From: Rickettsiales bacterium
Lineage (GTDB): Bacteria; Pseudomonadota; Alphaproteobacteria; Rickettsiales; JABSSG01
NCBI GenBank assembly: GCA_018062985.1
Contig: JAGORE010000001.1
Coordinates: forward strand, 12,661-76,660
Direction: 5' to 3'
Length of the DNA: 64,000 nucleotides
The translations under genes and the position numbers were made by a program. This document shows positions 47,531 to 58,563 of the stretch, in pieces. Within the stretch, counting starts at the first letter, position 1. Every line of letters starts with the position of its first letter. The notes beneath the pieces were generated by a model, which ran no database searches, was not told where the DNA came from, and saw only the letters and a program-made list of their open reading frames with translations.

Positions 47531-48017
47531 GACACAATACTCACAAGATATTTTTATATATTCGGGTTATATTGCCTCAATTCTACTGATTTTTTTATTA
47601 TCTTTAAACCCAGTTATCCGTAGATTTAATATTGATTTCTTAAGAAAAATAAATCGCTATAGGCGAATTATAGGAGTGGCGGTTTTTACATATGCTGCTT
47701 TGCATGTAATGTGTTATGTAGCTAAAAAAGGCATTGATATTTCAGAGTTATTAAAGAGTCCGGTGCGTGGTTTTGGAGCGCTAGCATTTATAATGTTAAT
47801 TCCTTTGGCAATAACAAGTAATCATTATTCTATCAAAAAATTAACAGTACCGGTTTGGAGAAATTTGCACAAATATGTTTATCTTGCAGAAGGAGCGCTC
47901 TTTTTGCATTTAGTGTTTCAATTTATTTTATTTGATAAGACTAGAACTATATATATTTTGTCTGCCTTTACCTTATTATTTATTTTACAAATTTTAAGAT
48001 TAAGAGTCACTAAGTGA
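47439..48017 (+). CDS. MsrQ/YedZ-like heme-binding ferric-reductase-type membrane protein
   Basis: RYRRIIGVAVFTYAALHVMCYV and TSNHYSIKKLTVPVWRNLHKYVYL parallel E. coli MsrQ [22 protein letters not shown] and [23 protein letters not shown] (from memory). No msrP is adjacent. Confidence 0.65.
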   Translation: MSRQIMYFSKNKDWMILNLPCVTIFVALMMKTQYSQDIFIYSGYIASILLIFLLSLNPVIRRFNIDFLRKINRYRRIIGVAVFTYAALHVMCYVAKKGIDISELLKSPVRGFGALAFIMLIPLAITSNHYSIKKLTVPVWRNLHKYVYLAEGALFLHLVFQFILFDKTRTIYILSAFTLLFILQILRLRVTK

Positions 48018-48060
48018 TTGTGAATCTAAAGATGCTAGTTCTAAATTAAGTGTATGTATT

Positions 48061-48753
48061 ATGGCTATCAATCAAATACAAAAGTTGCTAAAAGATAGTG
48101 TTACTCTCTCGCAAAATCAGGTAACAAGATTTTTTAAAATTGGTGCAGGAGAGTATTCTGCGCATGACTGCTTCATGGGTATTACAGTGCCAACTTTAAG
48201 GAAAGTTGCAAGGCAGTATGATGATATTGATTATAATTTTTTGCAAGAATTATTAGATTCGAAATTTAATGAAGAAAGGTTGTTGTCTTTATTGATACTT
48301 GTGTCTAGGTATAAAAAAGCCAAGGTAGCAGAGAAAGAAAAAATATTTTTGTTTTACTTAAATAATTTGGATAGAGTTAATAATTGGAACTTAGTTGATG
48401 CCTCGGCTCATCTAATTATAGGTGCACATTTGTTGAATCGTGATCGTCAAATATTAGATAAGCTTGCCTTGTCTAGTAATTTGTGGCACAGACGCATTGC
48501 TATAGTTTCAACTTGGTATTTTATTAAGAATGGTCATACAGACTGCACATTTCATATAGCCAAAACTCTGCTTTTTGATAAAGAGGATTTAATTCACAAA
48601 GCGACAGGATGGATGTTGAGAGAAGCTGGTAAAGTAAATATCGATGATTTAATTGATTTTCTTGAGACTTATAAAAATCAAATGCCACGGACAATGTTAC
48701 GATATGCGATAGAAAAATTCGATCAAACTCAAAAAGACTATTTTATGAAATAA
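48061..48753 (+). CDS. DNA alkylation repair protein (AlkC/AlkD-like HEAT repeat)
   Basis: GITVPTLRKVAR, EERLLSLLIL, NWNLVD, LWHRRIAIVST and KATGWMLREAGK match the DNA_alkylation family pattern. Confidence 0.7.
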   Translation: MAINQIQKLLKDSVTLSQNQVTRFFKIGAGEYSAHDCFMGITVPTLRKVARQYDDIDYNFLQELLDSKFNEERLLSLLILVSRYKKAKVAEKEKIFLFYLNNLDRVNNWNLVDASAHLIIGAHLLNRDRQILDKLALSSNLWHRRIAIVSTWYFIKNGHTDCTFHIAKTLLFDKEDLIHKATGWMLREAGKVNIDDLIDFLETYKNQMPRTMLRYAIEKFDQTQKDYFMK

Positions 48754-48770
48754 TTTTGCATTTAAGCGGG

Positions 48771-49415
48771 TTATTTATAAGCTAATACTGTTGGAAACAT
48801 TCCTTGAGAATCATAAATAAATTTTATATCAGAAAAACCAGCTGTTTTTAGCTGTAGTTTCGTTTGCTCTTCTGTTCTAAATGCTTGCCAACTGACACCT
48901 ATAATATCTGAAAATATAGCTTTTTGCTTTATTGCATCTTCTTGTTTAATATTTTTCCATGTTGATTCTTTTGATAATGCAGGAGGAGGGGTTAGAAAAC
49001 TTGTGATTAAAATTCCATTTGGTTTGAGTGCGTTATAAAACTCTCTATATAATTTTATAACTTTCTGATCGTCTGGCTCATAAATATTTAGACCATTACT
49101 TGTGATTATGTCATATTCATTGTTTTTTGATAAATTCCAAGCATCTTTTGTATAAAAGTTTATGTTAGTGTTTTGATTTTTTAGTGCCTTGGTTTTTGCA
49201 AGAGTAATTGAATTACCGTCAAGATCTATTCCTGTTAGAGATACATTTGATATCCCTGTGTAATCTAGTCCATATAAATCATCCATTAGTCCGCAGGGAA
49301 TAGAAGCGATCTTTATATTGTGTTTTAGATGTTGTTGTAGAGTTTTTTGAAAAATACCAAACCGTTCTCGGGTTGCTTTAACTGCTGGAGCGGAGTTTAT
49401 AACCCAATTTTCCAA
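48771..49415 (-). CDS. class I SAM-dependent methyltransferase (C-terminal part of a longer frame interrupted by TAA at 49464-49466)
   Basis: Rossmann-type MTase layout (IASIPCGLMDDL, DIITSNGLNIY, LKPNGILITSF). The listed start is a TTG, and the frame continues upstream through a single stop. Confidence 0.65.
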   Translation of the reverse strand: MENWVINSAPAVKATRERFGIFQKTLQQHLKHNIKIASIPCGLMDDLYGLDYTGISNVSLTGIDLDGNSITLAKTKALKNQNTNINFYTKDAWNLSKNNEYDIITSNGLNIYEPDDQKVIKLYREFYNALKPNGILITSFLTPPPALSKESTWKNIKQEDAIKQKAIFSDIIGVSWQAFRTEEQTKLQLKTAGFSDIKFIYDSQGMFPTVLAYK

Positions 49416-49463
49416 AGGATGTAAGTTTTGATTTTGTGGGCCGTGAATGATTATATAAGAAGT

Positions 49464-49748
49464 TTAATAGCCATTCAAACCTTTGTTTTCTAGTAGGAAT
49501 CTACCCAATTCAAATTCTGACAATTGCTTTAGTAAGTTTAATTCTTCCGGCAAAGGTAAGGATAAAGTTTGTTTTTTCTTTAAGGCAGCTTCTCTATCGG
49601 ATAATAGCACATTAGTATCTGAAGAGTTTTTGTGTGTGATTAAGTTGCTTGAAGCATATGATGTGGTTGTAGCCATAATGACTCCTAAGATAAAAAGTAT
49701 TGTTCTCATGATGTTATTAGATTGTAATGTAAAGCTAAAATATAGCAT
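49464..49748 (-). CDS. N-terminal fragment (signal peptide + FELGRFLLENKGLNGY) in frame with the downstream methyltransferase
   Basis: Same reading frame as 48771-49415, separated by one TAA plus 16 sense codons. Confidence 0.35.
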   Translation of the reverse strand: MLYFSFTLQSNNIMRTILFILGVIMATTTSYASSNLITHKNSSDTNVLLSDREAALKKKQTLSLPLPEELNLLKQLSEFELGRFLLENKGLNGY

Positions 49749-49770
49749 TTTATAAGACGGCGTCTAGAAA

Positions 49771-50586
49771 TTAGATAATTTTTTTCTTTCTTAACACTTC
49801 TTTTGTTATGTTAATGCGTTTAGGTAAATCATCGTAATTGTGTATATCGATATTGGTTACAAAGAACCATGGCTTGCCTTTAGCAATTACGTATCCAACA
49901 TACCACCCATGACCTTGCCAGTTTTCTGTGGCTGCGCCCGTTTTGGCATAAAGCTTATAATCTTTTTCATTTTCTACGAGCATTATATCTTTTAAAATAC
50001 TATATGTGTGCTCAGAAATTGGTAATTTTTTTTCGTACAGTCTTTGTAAGAAGTTTATTTGATCCAAAGGTGATGTATATAAACCTTTATCTTTTAACCA
50101 AAAATCTCTTAGGTTGCCTTGATTTATCTCGTATGTACCATATTGTAATTTCTTTAAAAATATATTGTAGTTTTCTACGCCTATCTTGCCTGCAAGATAT
50201 TGGTATGTTGGGAAGCAAGAGTATTTAAATGCTGTTCTAAGAGTTTGATCTTGATTCCATGTTTCAATGTCATATTTTGTTCTATCCCATGGTACAATCT
50301 CATTTTGATCTTTAATTGCTCCTGTCTCGATAGCAATAATAGAGTTTGGGATTTTGAATGTTGACGCTGGTGATAGTAAGGACTTAGCTCTGTTGAGGTT
50401 AAAAATATATTCGATACGATTTTGTGAGGCGATAATTATCGTACCTGTGGCTTTGTGTTGTTTTAGGATTTTGTCTATATCATGATCGTCTCCTGTTTCA
50501 GAGTGAACAAGTTGAGTTGAGAAGAGCATTATTAATACTACAAGTTTTTTAAGAACGGTCATCACTGTGATAATATGATTATGCAA
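49771..50586 (-). CDS. class D (OXA-type) beta-lactamase-like / BlaR-sensor-like serine hydrolase
   Basis: STFK active-site motif, YSCFPTYQ (SxV region variant), AKTGA (KTG) and GWYVGYV. Signal peptide from an internal Met (MTVLKKLVVLIMLF). Confidence 0.7.
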   Translation of the reverse strand: MHNHIITVMTVLKKLVVLIMLFSTQLVHSETGDDHDIDKILKQHKATGTIIIASQNRIEYIFNLNRAKSLLSPASTFKIPNSIIAIETGAIKDQNEIVPWDRTKYDIETWNQDQTLRTAFKYSCFPTYQYLAGKIGVENYNIFLKKLQYGTYEINQGNLRDFWLKDKGLYTSPLDQINFLQRLYEKKLPISEHTYSILKDIMLVENEKDYKLYAKTGAATENWQGHGWYVGYVIAKGKPWFFVTNIDIHNYDDLPKRINITKEVLRKKKII

Positions 50587-50744
50587 TGATTATATTGTGC
50601 ATTAAGAAAATTACCACAAACATTTACATTGATGTTATGTTAGTGTACTTTATAACGAACATGTTTTGAGAGTGTTTATTGATAAAAATACAAAATATAC
50701 ATTGCAACTCTTGGCGTTTTTGTGTTTAAATAAAGATAAATATA

Positions 50745-51740
50745 GTGTTTAGGATGACATCACAACAGGCATTTAGACAGTTTTTACGTAAATTTATCAG
50801 TGTAAAATATATATTTTTTTATGCTTTATTTATTCTGTTACTTTCCGTGGTGCTATATTTTCTAATGCCAATAAAGCAATTTCTAGATTCAGATGTTTTG
50901 TCTTTTAGTATAGGATCTTTTAAGTTTTCCATATATTCACTAAGTGTTTCTATTGTCTCTTTGATTGTATTAATCGGGGTTGTGTTATGGATTCTAAAGT
51001 TCGGGGAGCAAAAATTACGTTCGATTACAGTTATTAAAGCAAGCAATAAAGAAATACTGATTAAGTGCTTTTATATCATTATCTTTACAACTGCTTTTTT
51101 TGTAATGTTGGGTGTGTTTGGTATAGATCTTACTGCGATTGCTGTATTGGGTGGTTCCATTGGTATTGGTATTGGGTTTGGGTTGCAGAAAATTGCTGCA
51201 AATTTTATTACTGGAATTTTATTGCTATTTGAAAAATCATTTGAAGTTGGTGATTTAATAGAGCTTAACGATAAAACCCTAGGTTTTGTTAGGCAGATTA
51301 ACGCTAGATTTGTTTTAGTAGAAACTTTTTGTGGTAAGGCAATAATGGTGCCAAATGAAGAATTTATGACTAACAAAATAGTTAATTGGACACACCAAAA
51401 TGCTGCAGCAAGATTAGAGGTAAAAATTCAAGTGTCTTACGTAGAGGATATTAAGAGAGTGCATAAATTAATCGTGGATGTAGCAAAAAATCACTCGATA
51501 TGTTTAAAGGACCCGGAGCCATTTTGCTTGTTACAAGATGTAAGTGAGGGGTTGATGTTTTTTTCGCTACGGTTTTGGATATCTGATGTTAGAGATGGTT
51601 TTTTAATACCAGAAAGTAAGGTTAGGTTTGCTATATGGGAGCGGCTACAAAAAGAAGGAGTGAAAATGCCTATGGCATATAGGGTTTTTGTCAAAAATAG
51701 TGATTTAGGACAAGAGTTGTCTGATGAGATTGACCCCTGA
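50745..51740 (+). CDS. mechanosensitive ion channel (MscS family)
   Basis: TM helices followed by FEKSFEVGDLIELNDKTLGFVRQINARFVLVETFCGKAIMVPNEEFMTNKIVNWT. Confidence 0.8.
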   Translation: MFRMTSQQAFRQFLRKFISVKYIFFYALFILLLSVVLYFLMPIKQFLDSDVLSFSIGSFKFSIYSLSVSIVSLIVLIGVVLWILKFGEQKLRSITVIKASNKEILIKCFYIIIFTTAFFVMLGVFGIDLTAIAVLGGSIGIGIGFGLQKIAANFITGILLLFEKSFEVGDLIELNDKTLGFVRQINARFVLVETFCGKAIMVPNEEFMTNKIVNWTHQNAAARLEVKIQVSYVEDIKRVHKLIVDVAKNHSICLKDPEPFCLLQDVSEGLMFFSLRFWISDVRDGFLIPESKVRFAIWERLQKEGVKMPMAYRVFVKNSDLGQELSDEIDP

Positions 51741-51857
51741 TTCTTTAAGAATACATTTCTATTTATTATTTTGTTGGTTTCCATCCTTTTTTACGTTGTG
51801 TTTTGAGAGTGTTTATAATATATGCTGTGATTCATTAATTTTATTACAAAGGTAAAT

Positions 51858-52562
51858 ATGGTTTGTCCTGCATGTCCAGTGGTAGGCACTATGGCAGTTG
51901 TAGCAGCAGCGGGGGGAGTTAGTCTATCTCTGGCTCTAGGAATTAAAGTTACTAGCGGGATTGTTGGTCTAGGTAGTGTCGGTTATGGAGTATACAGTTA
52001 CATGCACCGATATGCATACTTACCGCAACATAATAATAGTCTTGATAAAGTTTCCGAAAAATTAAAATCTGCAGAACATATGTGTATAGAAGGATCTGGT
52101 GCCAATAATTTTTTAGAAGGGAGCGGAACTCAGAATAATCATTTTTATGGTAAAAATGGTGCCGATATTTTTCAAGCAAGAAATGGTAGTAATGATTATT
52201 TTTACTTTAGTTTATGTACTACACAAGGACAAAAAATTAGAGGTAATGTTAGTGATGGTTGGAAGTATTTCGTAACGACATATAAAGTTGTTCCCACAAT
52301 CTACAACTTTAGAGATGATGAAGATGTAATCAGAATATTCTGCTCAAAAAGACCTGTTGAAGAAAGTCAGGTTCATGTTGCGTATGATACGGTACAAGAT
52401 TTTACTCTAATAAAGGTTGATATTCCGGTGAGGGTTCTAGGATATCTAATACCTGGTGCTTATGTAGAAGAGGCGATTGTAGTGCAAGGTAAGCACGATG
52501 GTCTTCTTGGTGAAGATCATAATCAGCTGGAATTAAATGTTCCGTTTACAAGTTTCTGTTAA
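51858..52562 (+). CDS. membrane-anchored protein with degenerate RTX-like nonapeptide repeats
   Basis: Gly-rich hydrophobic N-terminus. GSGANNFLE GSGTQNNHF YGKNGADIF QARNGSNDY shows 9-residue periodicity reminiscent of GGxGxDxUx. Confidence 0.4.
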   Translation: MVCPACPVVGTMAVVAAAGGVSLSLALGIKVTSGIVGLGSVGYGVYSYMHRYAYLPQHNNSLDKVSEKLKSAEHMCIEGSGANNFLEGSGTQNNHFYGKNGADIFQARNGSNDYFYFSLCTTQGQKIRGNVSDGWKYFVTTYKVVPTIYNFRDDEDVIRIFCSKRPVEESQVHVAYDTVQDFTLIKVDIPVRVLGYLIPGAYVEEAIVVQGKHDGLLGEDHNQLELNVPFTSFC

Positions 52563-52579
52563 ATACATTAAATAAGATT

Positions 52580-53392
52580 ATGAGAATTATATTAGTAGTT
52601 TTTTTATTTTGTATTTCTAGAATTGTGTGTGCTTCGACCATAGTCGTTGCCACTGCTACAGGAGAGTTTGGTCAAGCGGTGTGTGCAGAGTTAGCATCCT
52701 CTGGTCACGATCTTATTATTGTAGGCAGAAACTCTAGTAAATTAGGAGAATTGGCAAAATCCTTAAAACAAAAGCATAAAAAGATTTCTGTTAAATCTGC
52801 GGTGATGGATTTTAATGATTTAGAAACAATCAAGAATGTCGCAAGCGATCTTAAAAATAACTCAATCAATGGCTTGGTATTGATAGGTCCTAGACCTTCA
52901 ATTGCAAAAAACACTATTCCTGACTCAAAAGAATGGCTTAAGTTATTTCAAGAAGGTTTTTTCGGTCCTTTAGAGTTGTTGAAACAATTTGATACAAAGT
53001 TGGAAAAAGGAGCGGGGATAGTTATTATTTCGGGTTTAACTTCTAAATATTATATTCCACAATATTCGAATTCTAATGTTTTAAGAATGGCGTGGATTGG
53101 AGAGATAAAAAATCTAATATATCTATTTAAAGATAGAAATATAAGAGTGAATGCAATTTCTCCTGGGGTTATTTTGACATCCTTTCACAAAGAGAGAATT
53201 CAAAATAAAGCCAAAGAAACAACTAAGTCTTTTGAAGAGCAGTTGCAAAAAGAAACGCAAGATATTCCATTGCAAAAATTTGGCACAGTAACAGACGTTG
53301 CGCATTTAGTGGGGTTTTTGTTGTCACATAAAGCAAGTCATATCAATGGTGACAATTTAGTGCTTGATGGTGGTGAATCAAGGGTATACTAA
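52580..53392 (+). CDS. short-chain dehydrogenase/reductase (SDR) family protein
   Basis: N-terminal VVATATGEFGQAV dinucleotide motif variant, NAISPG and NGDNLVLDGG C-terminus. Confidence 0.7.
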   Translation: MRIILVVFLFCISRIVCASTIVVATATGEFGQAVCAELASSGHDLIIVGRNSSKLGELAKSLKQKHKKISVKSAVMDFNDLETIKNVASDLKNNSINGLVLIGPRPSIAKNTIPDSKEWLKLFQEGFFGPLELLKQFDTKLEKGAGIVIISGLTSKYYIPQYSNSNVLRMAWIGEIKNLIYLFKDRNIRVNAISPGVILTSFHKERIQNKAKETTKSFEEQLQKETQDIPLQKFGTVTDVAHLVGFLLSHKASHINGDNLVLDGGESRVY

Positions 53393-53498
53393 ATCAACTT
53401 TGTATATTGAGAAGGTGGTTAGTAATCTGGATCAAAGTGTGTTGTTATTGGTTTAAAAAAAACATTGAAGTAAATTTCTAAAAAACAGTTTTTTTATG

Positions 53499-53527
53499 TT
53501 GACACCAGATGTGTAATCGAATATAAC
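53499..53527 (+). promoter_or_regulatory. candidate sigma-70 promoter for the 23S-5S rRNA unit
   Basis: TTGACA (53499-53504), a 17-nt spacer, then TATAAC (53522-53527), about 90 nt upstream of the 23S 5' end. Confidence 0.45.
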
Positions 53528-53619
53528 CTCTCATTACCGAAAGGAGAGCTGTTTAATATTGTGAATAAAACTTACAAGCTGCGAAATACTTAAGTATACT
53601 TAATACTACACGTGTTGGT

Positions 53620-56389
<2,770 letters not shown>

Positions 56390-56512
56390 CTAACCGTCGT
56401 GTAGTATTAAGTATATATTATGACGAAAGTTATCTATACATTAGTTATATTTTAAAGTTTTAAGTTTTATTCACGTTAAGCATTAAATTTCCTATAAAGG
56501 TTTGTTTAATTA

Positions 56513-56630
56513 GCTTGGTGGCTATAGCACATGTGGACCCACACGATTCCATTCCGAACTCGACCGTGAAACCATGTAGCGCCGATTGTACTACATCTTA
56601 AGATGTGGGAGAGTAGGACACTGCCAGGCT
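56513..56630 (+). rRNA. rrf: 5S ribosomal RNA
   Basis: GCTTGGTGGC...CCGAACTC...GTGAAAC...GAGAGTAGGACACTGCCAGGC. The flanks (56497-56512 and 56631-56646) extend helix I and are followed by a T-run. Confidence 0.9.
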
Positions 56631-56702
56631 TATTAAGCAAACCTTTTTTATTTGTTTATTGTGAAAAGATGTTACAATTTTATAAAAACGTAGGGTGTTT
56701 TT

Positions 56703-57146
56703 ATGGAAATAATTGATGACATTTTATATGATAAAGCTCGTGATCGCAAAATTCCTATTTCTATTTATATCCCCAAGAATAAGACTTCTCAGGTGGTACT
56801 TTTTAATCCAGGGTACCAAAAACAGATAGATCTTATACAAAATAACGTTGTTTTTAAGAATAAAAAATACCAATATTTATTTGATTATTTTGCTACTAAG
56901 AATTGCGTAACTATCTCTATTCAGCATGATGTTTTGGGTGATAATAATGGTTTGGAAGTTATTGATAAGAGCTTGCCTCAATATGAAGTACGTGAGCATT
57001 TATATAAGAGGGGAGTAGAGAATATATTATTTGTTATCTCACAATTAAAAAAAACAAAGCCAGAGTTAAATTTTGATAAGCTTATTATGGCAGGTCATTC
57101 AAATGGCGGTGACATAGCGCAATATTTTGTCAACATTGACTTTTAA
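56703..57146 (+). pseudogene. alpha/beta-hydrolase, truncated just after the nucleophile elbow
   Basis: 147-aa ORF ends 11 residues after the GHSNGG (GxSxG) motif. The Asp/His half of the fold is missing, and 57147-57493 has no long ORF. Confidence 0.5.
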
Positions 57147-57493
57147 GTAATTGAAGAGAGAGATTTTAGCTCATATTTACCAATGGCTTGACGTGTGGAA
57201 GAGAAATGTGTGCAGCGACCATTATGATGTTTATGGCAAATATAGTGTTGTCAAAAAGCAAGTATTGCACTGAATCAGAAACTGTTTGGTAGAATCTTTT
57301 AATGCCATAATTAGACATTATTTAGGAAAGCTATTGAACGAATCTAAAAGTCTATCACCCTGCTTTTTAATCAAAATTTACTGTCATCTATAGTTGGTTA
57401 GAAATACACTATTCCTGTTAAATAATGTTTTGTTCTGGCTCAAAAATATTCTAATATCTACGATGCTATTATTTATTTCATAATGGGACATTA

Positions 57494-58558
57494 ATGAAAA
57501 AAATCAGTTTTTATACATTACTTCTTTTGTGTTTAGTAATCTTTGGTATGAGATATCGATATTTTATTCCTGCATTTTTGTATGAGCATTTTATCAGTTA
57601 TAAAGTTGAGCTCCCTCAAGACAAAAATTTTGTAGTAAGAGCGGAGTCAACGAATATACCTCAATATATAAAGCATATCATTAAGATGGCTTTTCCTGAA
57701 TATACTATTGTTTATAGCAATGATATTAAGCCTCATTTGGTAGTAAAAAACGTTTATCGCGCAAGAAATACATCAATTATATCTGAAATTAATAATCGAG
57801 TTCCTTATCTAAGCTTTTCTCCTGAGAAAGGTCAGACGAAACTAAGAAGATATAGATCTACTGGTTACCCTTTGTATGAGTTTGTAACTTTTAAAACAAA
57901 TAAAGATGGTTTTGCATATATTCCATTTGTTGCATATGCAAAAGAATCTCCTAATTTTCTTAATAGTGATCCTAGGCCCCAAATTTCTTTAGTTGATATA
58001 AAGAAGCGTAAAGATTTAGTCTATGTGTATAGCCATTGTGTACCAGTTAGAGATAATTTTTTTATTGCTGTATCAAAATATCTAAAGTCAGCAGAGTCTT
58101 ATGGAAAGTGCTTAAATAATCAATCTGGGAATGCTCCGGGAAGCTATAATGATTTAAAAGCGCTATACTCGGATTATAAATTTGTAGTCGCAATGGAGCA
58201 TCAAAAAAAGCCAGGGTACATTACAGAAAAAATAATCAATGCATATGAAGCAAATGCTATCCCAATATATTGGGGTGATGACAAAACAGTAAAGGAAATT
58301 TTTAATGATAAGTCTTATATTGATCTGTCGTCTTTTCAAAATTATCAAGAAGCATCTGAATATTTATTTAAGTTATCAAAAAATGATTTGGAAATACAAA
58401 AAATTTTAGCTGAGCCGATTTTAACAAAGAAAGGAGAGGTGCTGCTATCAGTAAACAAAAAAGAACTACCTTCGGAGACTTCAAAATTTTTATCCGAGAT
58501 AGCTAAAAATATAAGGATAATGTATTTTCACACTCTGAATGAAAAAAAGATATTTTAG
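57494..58558 (+). CDS. GT10-family glycosyltransferase (alpha-1,3/4-fucosyltransferase-like)
   Basis: YKFVVAMEHQKKPGYITEKIINAYEANAIPIYWGDDKTVKEIFNDKSYIDLSSFQNYQEASEYL parallels H. pylori FutA YKFNLCFENSQGYGYVTEKILDAYFSHTIPIYWGSPSVAKDFNPKSFVNVHDFNNFDEAIDYI (from memory). N-terminal TM anchor. Confidence 0.8.
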   Translation: MKKISFYTLLLLCLVIFGMRYRYFIPAFLYEHFISYKVELPQDKNFVVRAESTNIPQYIKHIIKMAFPEYTIVYSNDIKPHLVVKNVYRARNTSIISEINNRVPYLSFSPEKGQTKLRRYRSTGYPLYEFVTFKTNKDGFAYIPFVAYAKESPNFLNSDPRPQISLVDIKKRKDLVYVYSHCVPVRDNFFIAVSKYLKSAESYGKCLNNQSGNAPGSYNDLKALYSDYKFVVAMEHQKKPGYITEKIINAYEANAIPIYWGDDKTVKEIFNDKSYIDLSSFQNYQEASEYLFKLSKNDLEIQKILAEPILTKKGEVLLSVNKKELPSETSKFLSEIAKNIRIMYFHTLNEKKIF

Positions 58559-58563
58559 CTAAT

